A stretch of DNA of 64,000 nt. Origin: Carpediemonas membranifera BICM. Taxonomy: Eukaryota; Protista; Fornicata. The DNA lies in contig JAHDYR010000005.1 of the NCBI GenBank assembly GCA_019828565.1, forward strand, positions 1,776,871-1,840,870, written 5' to 3'. Below the pieces are notes generated by a model. It saw only the letters and a list, made by a program, of their open reading frames with translations. It was not told the origin of the DNA and made no database searches. The position numbers and the translations under genes are program-made. Positions 20,803-31,200 of the stretch are shown here, in pieces (position 1 is the first letter of the stretch; each line of letters starts with the position of its first letter).

Positions 20803-21576
20803 ATGGTGAGCGAGGAAGTTTATGGCATTATCTGTGCCGAACAGGGTGAAATCGACAACCTGTCCAAGGACATCAAGGATACTACTGAGACTGAAATCGC
20901 CAGCCGTGTTTTCAAGCAGGGCACGCTCTACGGCCGTCGTGTTGTCCTTGTTCTCTGCCGTCCCGGCAAGGTTGCAGCAGCAGCCACCACTACGCTCCTG
21001 ATCCACCATTTCAAGGTCAACAAGCTTCTTTTCGTCGGCGTTGCCGGCTCGACGCACCCTGATGTCCATATTGGCGATATTGTCGTTGGGACCGAGTGCT
21101 CTCAGCACGATATGGATGCCAGGCCATGGCGTGAGCGCTACATCCTCCCCGAGCTTGGCGTCGGCTTCTTTGAGTCAACTCTTGCAGAGCCGTTTGCCAA
21201 GGCCGTCTCCGCCTTCCTCGCCGATGGCTTCCAGACAGAGTTTGCCGAGTCCGACCTCTCTATGTTTGACGTCACTATCCCTGCCATTCATAAGGGCCTC
21301 ATCGTCTCAGGTGACCAGTTCATCGCCTCCAAAGAGGTCAAGGCTGGCATCGTGGACGGGTACGCTGAAGCACACAAGAAGACGCCCCTCGCCTGCGAGA
21401 TGGAGGGCGCCGCTGTGGCACAGGTGGCATATGAGATGGGCTGCCCTGCTCTCGTTGTCCGCGTCATCTCGGACGAGGCCAATGATAAGTCCCTCGACGA
21501 CTTTGGCGCCTTCCTGACCAAGTGCTCTGGCCCTGTCATCGGAGCTATCGTTCGCGAGTACTTTATGTCTCTTTAA
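20803..21576 (+). CDS. mtnN: 5'-methylthioadenosine/S-adenosylhomocysteine nucleosidase
   Basis: GIICA..EI, GKVAAA, FVGVAG, QHDMD, IVSGDQFI, EMEGAAVAQV, VRVISD. Confidence 0.92.
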   Translation: MVSEEVYGIICAEQGEIDNLSKDIKDTTETEIASRVFKQGTLYGRRVVLVLCRPGKVAAAATTTLLIHHFKVNKLLFVGVAGSTHPDVHIGDIVVGTECSQHDMDARPWRERYILPELGVGFFESTLAEPFAKAVSAFLADGFQTEFAESDLSMFDVTIPAIHKGLIVSGDQFIASKEVKAGIVDGYAEAHKKTPLACEMEGAAVAQVAYEMGCPALVVRVISDEANDKSLDDFGAFLTKCSGPVIGAIVREYFMSL

Positions 21577-21929
21577 ACGCATTTTAACGCATTAACCCCA
21601 CCGGCGCTTAAAACGTGGTTTATGTCATTTACATACTGCTGCATATCTACATCCGACCAGCCGGGGCCAGCCACTCCTGGGGGAGGACCTCGTCCCACGG
21701 CAGCACACTCGCTGACGATTCCACTTTATCTTCCTCCAAGTTGTTAACAGGGGAAATATGTGCACGACGGCGCGCTACCAGCCTGAAGTCACTCAAGCTG
21801 TCAGCCGTCCATGCTACCAAGGCCTTCGTAATGGCCTGTCTCGCCTCGTCCACGGAGAATATCCTCGACTCTGTCTTACTCTTTATATCACAGTAATAAA
21901 TCGTTCAACTCATGTATATCGGACAGTGG

Positions 21930-24900
21930 TCACTGAATGAGAGCATGAAGACCGTCCAGGACGCCGTCAGAGTCAGGAATCGTCTGCGTCTTCATGGCGA
22001 GCTCGAGCTTGCGGTGAACGGACTCGATCGAGACGGGGAAGTCCGTTCGTCCCATATCTCTTTTGAACCAGGGAATCAGATTTGGCATAACCTGCACCGC
22101 GTTCTTCTTGTTGAGTGAATCACTTCCATCGAGCTGCTTGACGACGAAAGAATAGACCAGTTGACGATGGGCCGAACCAAGACACTCAATGGCACCAGTG
22201 AGGGCAGTAATCATGTCTCGGTACTTGTTACCGAGGAGGATGGCCGAGTGCGGGCCGAACTGAGCGAGTAAACCAGATATAAGAGATCTCAGAAGATCGT
22301 GGTGAGATCCGATGAATCTACGGACGATCGTTTTCACGCTGCTGACCCCGATTGACCGAATCGTATCGTGATCATTGCAAGCGGCCATCACGACGGCACC
22401 GAGAGAAGGAGCTACGACCTCGTCCTCGAACTCGATGCCCTCGGTCGCCATAAAAGTTACCAAACACCTCAGGGTATTGGCGTGTATCCTCGTCAACTTC
22501 TCGACAGACTCGAGCGACGGGTTGACTGACTTGAGCAAGTCGACCCTGGACCCCTCGACGCCGTGGAGGTCGGACCCGAGTTGACCTAGCAGGGCTTGAG
22601 AGGCGGACATCTCCCTGTGTTCAATTAGACCCTTGAATATCTCGAGACGTGCCTTTGAAGTCTCGGAGCTGATCCAGTTGGTGAACTCAGCAAGTTTGCC
22701 CATAACAGAGGGAATGACGGCGCGAATGACATCTAGCTCGCATGCTGGGGTGATTCGCCGCATCAGGTCGAGACAAAGCACCGTGGTGTCCGCAGAAAGA
22801 CCATCCACAGTATCCACGTCCAGCGTTCCCGCCAGATTCAACAGCAGCGCCGTAGAGTCGTCCGGGTGCTGCTGGCACAGGGCCCGGAGGAGACCTGTCC
22901 GGACGGAGGCGACGCGGACATCAGCTCGGGCTGGGTCTCCCACAGTCAGCGGAGTCAGGCCGTAAATCTTACACAGCCGTTTGAATGCGTCACTGCTCCT
23001 GTAGAGGACGTTGCCGGGGTCGTAGTCGCGCATGGGGGTCGTAAGCATGCCCGCGTCGGCGTCAGTCTCGGGGTCCTCGTCGGCCTCGTCCACGTCCGGC
23101 AAAGTGGATGGGAGTTTCACAGATCGAATCTTTTCTGCGAGAATCAGATCGGTGACCGCTACTTGCACTGAGGACGCGGGGTCAGCCAGCAGACGAATGG
23201 TGGATCCGACAGTGAGGGCGGGCGACAGCGCACCGGAGAACACCCCGAGACGATGGGCGGCCTCGATGCGCTGCTCGACAGCTCCATTGAGTAGACCTTG
23301 CACCTTGACCTCCTGCTGGTTGATGATCCCGCCGCGAGCGCCATCATCGTCCACGGTGTCGAGCACAGCTGCCAAGGCCCGTTCAATGACGGACTCGAGG
23401 GCGGGGTCGGCAGGTTTGGAGAGCACGGCTGTGAAAGCTGCGACTATGGATCCCACCGTCGAGACCAGGGTGGTGTCAGTGGCCTTGAACTTCTGCAGCG
23501 TGGACAGGGCCTCCACGACGAACTGAGCGCTGTACGCCCTTGCTGATGGGGCCAGTCTGGGCGATTCAATGTACTTGAGCGCCCTCTTGATGAGTGTCTC
23601 GATAGTCCCGATGGCCTGGCCAAGTGAACGGAAGAATGGCAGCAGTACTGTGAGCGTGATGACGTCACCCTCGGCAAGTAGGGGCAGGGCCGTGATCCTG
23701 TCGTACACGAGCTGCATGAGGTCGGGGTACTCGGCGACAGCGGCCTTGAGAGCATGTGCGGCCATCTTGATGTCCTTGTCAGTCTCTGGTTTGACCGGTT
23801 TTGAGATCGAGTACAGCAAATCATCGATGACGAGTTCAACGAGAGTAGTGCGATGGGAGGGGTGGAGGACGACGAGAGCAGCCTCAACAGCAGAGATCAC
23901 GCCGACAGGTGAGACGGCATCAGGCACAGCGCGGCCGATGACGGAGGATTGGAGCGTGTAGACGGCTTCGTTCAGCAGGGCAGCGTCGACCGGCCCAATA
24001 GCGCGACACACGTCGATTATAAATGTCACGGCCGCCTCGCCATCAGGCAGGTCTGGGGCAGCCTCGCTCTCTGGCTCAGCTGACTTGGTTCGATCCAGGT
24101 TGACTGGTGTGACACCGGCGGGGATCTCGAACGACAACACCGTTTCATCCCCGTCCCAGCTCATGGCGTCGGGCATAGCCACGGACTCGTTCGCCCTGAT
24201 CACTGAGGCCAGCTTAGCGAGGCCAGGGGTCGCGAGGACCGGCACAAGAGACCAGAGAAGCATGCGGGGCTTAGCACCGGCCTGACCCTTGATGAGGGCG
24301 CACTGCGAGACCAGCGAGCGTACAGCGGCCTCACGAGTGTTTGCCACGTCCGTCCGGGCGAGAGAATGGGCTAGGAGACAGACCTTGTCGACGTGAGCGG
24401 CGCTCCGGTTGAACCCGGCGGAGTAGGCAATGAGCTCGAGACTCACACTCCTCTGGGCCGGCGTGTACGCAGCTATGGTGGGATCGCCAGCCTTTTGCCA
24501 TGTCGCGGGTGACCTTAAAATGCTGGCTTCGGCCTCGAGGTCGGCAATGAGGTCCGTGATGACCGCGGGGGAGCCATGCTCTGTTATAACGGAGATGGCG
24601 GCCTTCAGCGTCTCCCTCAGGGCATGTACGGTGAGATCTGCGTGTTGCATGCCGCATATAGCGATGATCTGCCGCTTAACCGCGTCTTTGAGCGCTGAAA
24701 CCTGCCGCAACGCCATGAGGAGGACGGGGCAGGCGTACAGACACTCCCTCATCGAGTCAGCGATGACCTCCATGAGCAGGAACACCTCGGGACTGGCGGG
24801 GGTTGTGTCCAGCAGCCTGATCAGCTTGGGGAATAGCTTGCCGACCAGAGCTCTGGTCACAATGTTCAGCCTGAGTCTGAGCGCTTCTCGTACTACTGCA

Positions 24901-27134
24901 ACGACGAGCACGGTCTTACGCCAGACACCGAGCGAGACAGCCTTGGGGGAGTCAGCAAGAGAGGTTGCGATACTCGTGGTAAGAGCCTTGACGTAGATCT
25001 GGTCGCCAGAGGGTCGGCTTGACACGAATCCTTTGACAATGACCTTAGCACACCGGTCGACCCAAGGCGAGGGAAGGCTGTGGATATATGAGGTGAATTC
25101 AGAGATACAGGATGATACACGATCTGTGACCGCACCCGCGATATCATCAACACAGAGCATTCGTGACAACAGCATAACAGACATCACCATCCTAGAGAAA
25201 GTGACCGGCGCGACCGCTGAAGTCGCCGATTGGGCGATCGGCAAGGTCATGAGGCAGCTTGTGGTCTCCGGCAGCACGCAGAGGGTGGATTTGGTCAGAA
25301 GCGGTAGGACTGGTTCGAGATCTGTTGCAAGCATGCATGTCGCGGCTTCCATGTCAGTGGCAACGATCGAAACGTATCTGTTTGCGGCTGTAAGGAGGGC
25401 AGATGCGATCTCACCATGAGGGTCGTTCGGCGGCACGAATTGACCGGCGCTTTTGATGCATTCATAAGCTGCATCGCGTGTGTGTGAGTCAGCCAACCCG
25501 AACATGAGTCCTGCCAGAGCCTGACCTGGGGTCCTAAATAAAAATACCGGCGATCCCAGCGACCTCACAGCCTGCCTGCGTATATGGGGAGGGGCGTATG
25601 ACACGGCTATGCGGCATACGTAACCTGTGATATCCTCGTCGGGCAGGGCCAGCGTCTGGCTGAAAGCTGGGACGATGTCGAGCATGCGAGAGACAGCCGC
25701 AGTGGCCGCGTCGCTTGCTTGCTCGCTCTGACGTGAGGTCGAGATAGCGGCGTATATTCGAGAGAGGATGGCTGAGGCTACCCTGTCTGGGATCTTGGTG
25801 CCTAGCGCCTTGTACACCTCCACGGCGGGCTCGAGGGTCGGCCCGGGGGAGAAGAACGAGAGCATGGCCGCTGCCACACCCGCATCGTCGTCTATGGCGG
25901 CGGCTACCGGCGCTGCTAGTGGAAGGACATGCCCCAAGCCGTGTCTCAGGGCAGTCGCGAGAGTCTGGCCCTTGATACCGTGACCAGAGTCCTGCAGGGT
26001 CGCGACAAGGGCCGCGGGTGAGGTCTCGCGGGGCAAAGGCACGCCGTTCTTCTTCAAGAAGTGCAGGACAAGGTCTCTCGCGGTAGTAGAGGCCGTACGA
26101 GAGCCGTCGAACATGGCAAACGCAGCGGCGCCGACGAGGTCCTTGCCAACGGTGGCGGTGAGAACGGCGCTGCTGCGGCCGATCAAATGTGACAGAATGA
26201 TTACCCCGTGGACCCTAGCCGATGGTCTGGCCGTCGTGAGCAGGGGCAGAAGCTTGGGTGCGATGGTCTTGGCGAAGAGCACGACTGCGTTGTCGGCGAC
26301 TTGTTTCAGGAGGTATCTGGCCGCCTCGCTGATCGTGGACTCGGGAACCTCGGTAGACGTTGCAGCGACAGTTAGTAGGGCGTTGAAACAAGCGTCGAGT
26401 TTGTTCTGGGGGACGGCCATTTTCACGACGGCCTTGAATGTGCAGAGGGCTGCCTGAGTGAGCTGGGGACCCGTGGATCGGAACAGTGCCTCTACTATGA
26501 AGCTGGTGAGCAGGGGCCCGTTCTCACTTACGATGAGGGGGGCCACGTCGGGCAGGGTCCCGAGTAGAACGAAGCGCGTGGCCGGGGTGGCCTCCTGAAG
26601 CAGGAAATAAAGGTTCCATAGGGAGGTGTAGCGGTCTTCGGTGGAGAATGACCGCTCGTGCGCCTTGATCACGGCGATGGACGCGAAAACCGCGGCGAGG
26701 ACGTGCCAGTGGTCATCCGAGCCATACTGCTGCTCAAACTCGGCTACTAAAGGCACCGCGATGGGACCTATACCGAGGGATAGCCGGGCTGCGGCCTGGC
26801 GGACGAAGTCGGGCAGCGTACCGATGATATTGACAGGTGTGTCGGATGGGTCGAATGATGGGGCCAGAATTTCGCATAGAGAGTCAAAATGGTCAACCAT
26901 TTGGGCACGTTTGGTGTAGGAGATGTCTTCCATTGCATTGAAAGCCGCTATGAGGGAAAGAATGGCTCTGTTCTCGACGATGTCGTCAAGTTCAGAGTCG
27001 ATGGCGTGGTCCGGGAATTGTACGGACCAAGACTCCAACCAATCCTCTAATTGCGCCAAACTATCAGCAGGCAAGCTTATATCGGTGAAAGCGTGCGGCT
27101 GAAGCATGACGGTGCTGTTTTGCATAAACTGCAC
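21930..27134 (-). CDS. Large HEAT/ARM-repeat alpha-solenoid protein
   Basis: 1734-codon ORF with L/A/V-rich helical repeats showing HEAT-like patterns (RRQAVRSL, TREAAVRSL, RIEAAHRLG). Confidence 0.72.
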   Translation of the reverse strand: MQFMQNSTVMLQPHAFTDISLPADSLAQLEDWLESWSVQFPDHAIDSELDDIVENRAILSLIAAFNAMEDISYTKRAQMVDHFDSLCEILAPSFDPSDTPVNIIGTLPDFVRQAAARLSLGIGPIAVPLVAEFEQQYGSDDHWHVLAAVFASIAVIKAHERSFSTEDRYTSLWNLYFLLQEATPATRFVLLGTLPDVAPLIVSENGPLLTSFIVEALFRSTGPQLTQAALCTFKAVVKMAVPQNKLDACFNALLTVAATSTEVPESTISEAARYLLKQVADNAVVLFAKTIAPKLLPLLTTARPSARVHGVIILSHLIGRSSAVLTATVGKDLVGAAAFAMFDGSRTASTTARDLVLHFLKKNGVPLPRETSPAALVATLQDSGHGIKGQTLATALRHGLGHVLPLAAPVAAAIDDDAGVAAAMLSFFSPGPTLEPAVEVYKALGTKIPDRVASAILSRIYAAISTSRQSEQASDAATAAVSRMLDIVPAFSQTLALPDEDITGYVCRIAVSYAPPHIRRQAVRSLGSPVFLFRTPGQALAGLMFGLADSHTRDAAYECIKSAGQFVPPNDPHGEIASALLTAANRYVSIVATDMEAATCMLATDLEPVLPLLTKSTLCVLPETTSCLMTLPIAQSATSAVAPVTFSRMVMSVMLLSRMLCVDDIAGAVTDRVSSCISEFTSYIHSLPSPWVDRCAKVIVKGFVSSRPSGDQIYVKALTTSIATSLADSPKAVSLGVWRKTVLVVAVVREALRLRLNIVTRALVGKLFPKLIRLLDTTPASPEVFLLMEVIADSMRECLYACPVLLMALRQVSALKDAVKRQIIAICGMQHADLTVHALRETLKAAISVITEHGSPAVITDLIADLEAEASILRSPATWQKAGDPTIAAYTPAQRSVSLELIAYSAGFNRSAAHVDKVCLLAHSLARTDVANTREAAVRSLVSQCALIKGQAGAKPRMLLWSLVPVLATPGLAKLASVIRANESVAMPDAMSWDGDETVLSFEIPAGVTPVNLDRTKSAEPESEAAPDLPDGEAAVTFIIDVCRAIGPVDAALLNEAVYTLQSSVIGRAVPDAVSPVGVISAVEAALVVLHPSHRTTLVELVIDDLLYSISKPVKPETDKDIKMAAHALKAAVAEYPDLMQLVYDRITALPLLAEGDVITLTVLLPFFRSLGQAIGTIETLIKRALKYIESPRLAPSARAYSAQFVVEALSTLQKFKATDTTLVSTVGSIVAAFTAVLSKPADPALESVIERALAAVLDTVDDDGARGGIINQQEVKVQGLLNGAVEQRIEAAHRLGVFSGALSPALTVGSTIRLLADPASSVQVAVTDLILAEKIRSVKLPSTLPDVDEADEDPETDADAGMLTTPMRDYDPGNVLYRSSDAFKRLCKIYGLTPLTVGDPARADVRVASVRTGLLRALCQQHPDDSTALLLNLAGTLDVDTVDGLSADTTVLCLDLMRRITPACELDVIRAVIPSVMGKLAEFTNWISSETSKARLEIFKGLIEHREMSASQALLGQLGSDLHGVEGSRVDLLKSVNPSLESVEKLTRIHANTLRCLVTFMATEGIEFEDEVVAPSLGAVVMAACNDHDTIRSIGVSSVKTIVRRFIGSHHDLLRSLISGLLAQFGPHSAILLGNKYRDMITALTGAIECLGSAHRQLVYSFVVKQLDGSDSLNKKNAVQVMPNLIPWFKRDMGRTDFPVSIESVHRKLELAMKTQTIPDSDGVLDGLHALIQ

Positions 27135-27222
27135 GTCATTTCAAGGGCCAACCCGGGCCTGTGGACCTCAGTGGGAGCTTCTCTGATGACTATATCCTCT
27201 CAAAAGGGTTTCTTTCGCATCC

Positions 27223-28860
27223 GTGCAGTTTATGCGTCATCGAATGGAGCCGCGACAAACTGAGCAGTCTATTGACGATTTCGTGGTTCCTGAAATTGCA
27301 TTCAACACACCATTCGTCAAAAATGCTATACTCGCTGACGGGGACGAAGCTTCGCCTCTGTTCGCCGTAGGTGAAGAAGATGTGCCCGAGCTCGTCGAGG
27401 TTACCGTGGATCAGCTTGATGCCCAGGCAGATACAATGGCAAAGCTTACGAGACAGATAGCTGTTCCAGACGAGCTTCGGACGCCTGTACTTACGACGAA
27501 AGAGAGCGTTCCTGTGACACCCTCTCATTTCATCAAAGTTGAGAAGAACATCCCCGAGATAGACCGCATAGAGCGCTATGCAGGTCAGGATGCAGACATG
27601 GCCGAGTGGAGAGCCCACAAACACCATGTGATGATCGTCAGCGAGGCCGGCAAACCGATCTTCACCAGGTATGGCGACACCGACGCGATGAACACGATGA
27701 TGTGCGTCATCCCCGCCGTCAGCGCCTTCGCAGGCCAGCTGAACCAAACGCTGAACGCTATCAAAGTCAACGGGACCCTGCACGTTTATGTGAAACACGG
27801 CCCCATTTACTTCCTCATCATAACAAAAACCGGCCTGCCCGAGCTCGTTATCCGCAAGCACACCAAGTACTATTACGACCAGATCACCTCTGCCCTGACA
27901 CACGTCTTCGAGTTGATGCTAGCCCGTCGGCCATCGTATGACATGCGCGAGAACCTGACCGGGGCAGCCCCACTCATATCTGCACTGATACGGCGGTCGA
28001 TATATGATATCTCGTTCACTCTTGACGCACTCAGGGTCTGCCCGATGCCGAAGGACCCACGCAGAGATCTGGGCGATTTGATCACTTCAAAACGACCCTC
28101 GACCGCCCTGTTCGCGTTTGTCACCGTAGGTCGACAACTTGTGACCGCCGGTCGGCCCAAGAACGTCAAGGCGCTCGTCCCCGGCGACATTCTCATTCTC
28201 ATGAACACACTGGCCGTGCTTGTGCAATCCCAGGACCCCAACGAGCCTGTGCACCTGAGGTTCCCCATATGCCTGCCGAACTTCAACAGGCGTGGTTTCT
28301 TGTATGCTGTGACGAGGGCGCTGGTGCCTGGAATGCTGTGCACCATGCTCGCTACGAAGGAGGAGGCATGCGACTCGCTGGATGCTGCCCTTCAAGGGAT
28401 GTTCGTCATCTTGGGCGATCCCACCAGACTCCCGCTCCGAGCAGCGCTCGTGGAATCCGTGGCCTCGCCGTTTTATCTTGCTGACACCGTCATCGAGGGA
28501 AAGCGGCGGGCTCCCCTCCACTTCGTATACGTCGACAAGGTCACGTCACAGATGGTTGGCCCTGGCTTCGGTCTCGAGCTCATTGGCCGAGACGAGCAGC
28601 GGCGGGCGATGCTCAGATATCAACGGATCATCGCGAGATCCGAGGAGACCCAGTTTGGGCGGGCAATGGTCGACAGCTACGACGACGCCGCCGTGCTCTC
28701 CTGGAATACGAAGAAGTTCAGACTTCTAGTGACATATGCAGCTGACACGCCCCCCGCCCAGATGGTGACTGTGGTGAAAGAACTCCTCGACTGGGTCTAC
28801 CGGAAGGTGGACAAGGATCGGCGGGGCGAGGTGTTTATTCTCGACTGGCCCTCGTGGTGA
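27223..28860 (+). CDS. MON1: Vacuolar fusion protein Mon1/SAND (Rab7 GEF subunit)
   Basis: HVMIVSEAGKPIFTRYG, PSYDMRE.L, PICLPNFN..GFLYA, LHFVY. Confidence 0.92.
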   Translation: MQFMRHRMEPRQTEQSIDDFVVPEIAFNTPFVKNAILADGDEASPLFAVGEEDVPELVEVTVDQLDAQADTMAKLTRQIAVPDELRTPVLTTKESVPVTPSHFIKVEKNIPEIDRIERYAGQDADMAEWRAHKHHVMIVSEAGKPIFTRYGDTDAMNTMMCVIPAVSAFAGQLNQTLNAIKVNGTLHVYVKHGPIYFLIITKTGLPELVIRKHTKYYYDQITSALTHVFELMLARRPSYDMRENLTGAAPLISALIRRSIYDISFTLDALRVCPMPKDPRRDLGDLITSKRPSTALFAFVTVGRQLVTAGRPKNVKALVPGDILILMNTLAVLVQSQDPNEPVHLRFPICLPNFNRRGFLYAVTRALVPGMLCTMLATKEEACDSLDAALQGMFVILGDPTRLPLRAALVESVASPFYLADTVIEGKRRAPLHFVYVDKVTSQMVGPGFGLELIGRDEQRRAMLRYQRIIARSEETQFGRAMVDSYDDAAVLSWNTKKFRLLVTYAADTPPAQMVTVVKELLDWVYRKVDKDRRGEVFILDWPSW

Positions 28861-28938
28861 CGCCGAGTGCTGATTAATTAAAGTGATTGCCATGGATTTT
28901 TATTAAACTTTTATAAAACTGCACTATTCAAACAAACA

Positions 28939-31086
28939 CTAGGACTCTCTCTTGAGCGCTTTCACTTGTTGGCCAAACGATAAGGCGCTCAAGAAGGCCG
29001 TGTTTCCGGACCGCTGGAACATGGTGGACGCCGCTGCTGCCCTGCCGGCGACTGGGAGATCGTCAACTGAGCAAGGGTCGTCTCTCAGCAACGCAAGCAT
29101 CGTGTTGGTGTGTTCATCTGCCGTCACAGCCTCCACGCCCTCCGGCACGCCGGAAACCCAGAAGTTGAACTCCGACTCCGGCTCCGGAGAACAGCCTGCA
29201 CTCTGGTACAATGATATAAACTGCACGAGACTGCCAGGGTCAGCTCTTCTCAATACAGCACAAGCAATATCCACCGCCGCCACAGGCCCGATCGTCCCAG
29301 CCCACGCAGCCGGGGTTGCTAGCGCACTGGCCACAATTGGGAAATGTAACGGTGTGCATGCGATCACTGCGTCCATGGCTAGGCGGGCCGATGGGTAGTC
29401 TGCCATGACTGCGGTCAGTCGCTCTCTAAGGTCGGCGGTGTCTGCCCGTACAGCCTCCGCGACCCCCAGCAGTCTCTCTCTCAGCACGGGCCTGGCCCTG
29501 CTTCTCGGGACTTCTGACCCTGGCCGCATGATCGGTGGAAGCAGGTCAGGGTCGACCTGGCATGAATCGCCCAGAGCTGAGCGGGCCCTGGTCTCGATAG
29601 CTCGGACGGTGCGGGCAACGGCAAAGGCTGGGGCGGGGATGACGTGGGGCGGGCAGGCGCATAGGGTCTGGGTGGCCTCGACGTAGTGCTCGTAGAGGGA
29701 CTCTACAAGAGCGTGCTCGCCATAATGGTCGACGATGGCGAGGGCGAATGCTGCCTTGGCGATTGGGGCTAGTTTTGGAATATCTGCCGGATCTACCGAT
29801 GAATCTATGAGATATAGCAATATTGACGAGATTGTCTCATCATCAACACGTGTCTTCAGGAAACTACCCATGCTGTTGCTAATGGCGTCATATCTAGGGG
29901 CCGCAGCAAACGTCCCCGCGGAGCAACTAACCCCGCCGTTCGCCCCATCGACCGAGGCCCACGACCGCGCTGGCTCCTTTCCCTCGCTGCCGAAGCCCGC
30001 GATCTCTCCCAGGGGGACCCCAGTGTCAATGTGGAACACAGCCCAAAGGCTGTTGCTGGCGGTGAGGCAGAGCATCAGGTCCCCGACGATGAGCGGAGTT
30101 TGATTGGGGATTTGATCGGTTGGGATGCGGGAGAGGGGGTCGAGGACGGCGATGGAGTCGAGCCGCGTGGCAAGAAGGCGGTCAGCTTCAGCCTTGAGCG
30201 GCTGGTCGCGGGCAGCGTCGTATGACCGTATTCTACTGACAACGCCGTCCTTGGTCAGCACGCGTGGCCCCTGCTCCGTTACAAGCACCGAGTGTACCTG
30301 GTCTGCTGGGACGTTCAAAAGCTGCACATGGTTGGGCGACTTGATAATAAACACTGCTCCATTGGGAGTTGACTCCACGAGCACTACACCCAGACGGGTC
30401 GGAATGAGGCGTGCCTTGTGGGCAGGCGAGAGGGCGACTGCCCGCACGGGCGTGTCGAGGTGCGGGTATGTGTGGAACGAGGCAGTGGAGACGAACACGG
30501 TGCTCTCGCTAGTGTGGACGGCCATGGTACCGCTGCTGGTGTCCGCTATGATGAATGAGTCAGCGCCGTCTGGGTAGCTGGCTGACCCGAGGCGGGACCA
30601 GGCGTGGTGCTTCTTGATGCAGACAATAGTGCGGTCTGAGAGGTGGAGGATGATGGTAGAGTGTATGATGTCGACGTGGACCACCTTACGACTGACGAAG
30701 GCTGAGATACTAACGCCCTCGACTTCAAGCATGGTGTCGTCGTCGTATGAGGCACTGAAGGCGTCTCTGAGATCGTCCTCATGGATCGGTGCGTCATCAC
30801 CTGCAGGGTTGTTGGAAAATAAGGCCACTAAGCGACCACCGCGACCCACAACGACGAAATAGTCTGGACTAGCTGTTACAAAGGTGATAGGGGATAGTTC
30901 GTTCGATGAATCCAGAGTACCAAGAATATTTCCACCAATGAGATCAGGCCAGACTCTCTCAACTGGCTGAAAGCGGAGCATCGAATTCCAACAAGATGAC
31001 GATAATGTGCCACGCAGGATTAGAATTGTTGAGTCCAAAACACCCAGTGATCCAAGCAGCATCAGGATCGCAGTGTGGTTCATCAT
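28939..31086 (-). CDS. Hypothetical protein (beta-rich N-terminus, helical C-terminus)
   Basis: 715-codon ORF; no family recognised. Confidence 0.6.
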   Translation of the reverse strand: MMNHTAILMLLGSLGVLDSTILILRGTLSSSCWNSMLRFQPVERVWPDLIGGNILGTLDSSNELSPITFVTASPDYFVVVGRGGRLVALFSNNPAGDDAPIHEDDLRDAFSASYDDDTMLEVEGVSISAFVSRKVVHVDIIHSTIILHLSDRTIVCIKKHHAWSRLGSASYPDGADSFIIADTSSGTMAVHTSESTVFVSTASFHTYPHLDTPVRAVALSPAHKARLIPTRLGVVLVESTPNGAVFIIKSPNHVQLLNVPADQVHSVLVTEQGPRVLTKDGVVSRIRSYDAARDQPLKAEADRLLATRLDSIAVLDPLSRIPTDQIPNQTPLIVGDLMLCLTASNSLWAVFHIDTGVPLGEIAGFGSEGKEPARSWASVDGANGGVSCSAGTFAAAPRYDAISNSMGSFLKTRVDDETISSILLYLIDSSVDPADIPKLAPIAKAAFALAIVDHYGEHALVESLYEHYVEATQTLCACPPHVIPAPAFAVARTVRAIETRARSALGDSCQVDPDLLPPIMRPGSEVPRSRARPVLRERLLGVAEAVRADTADLRERLTAVMADYPSARLAMDAVIACTPLHFPIVASALATPAAWAGTIGPVAAVDIACAVLRRADPGSLVQFISLYQSAGCSPEPESEFNFWVSGVPEGVEAVTADEHTNTMLALLRDDPCSVDDLPVAGRAAAASTMFQRSGNTAFLSALSFGQQVKALKRES

Positions 31087-31089
31087 ACT

Positions 31090-31200
31090 CTATCAATCGT
31101 GCGCAGCATATCACGCGCGCTGCAGCGCGTGCTTGCTCAACTTAGCAAGTTAATGATAGCGAGGAAGAGCACCTCTCTGGGAGTCGTAGTGGAAAGGAGA
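31090..31200 (-). ncRNA. Candidate Fanzor omega-RNA scaffold
   Basis: Hairpins CTTGCT-AAGTTG-AGCAAG and CGCGC-TGCA-GCGCG directly after the Fanzor stop. Boundaries are a guess. Confidence 0.4.

Noticed and set aside
19139-21576. TatD + macrodomain + nucleosidase as an operon-like defence system
   Set aside because: The genes alternate in orientation and are all common housekeeping families; there is no evidence of co-regulation or mobility.
21647-21853. Small 68-aa ORF as a gene
   Set aside because: It has a non-ATG start and no motif; it cannot be supported without transcript data.
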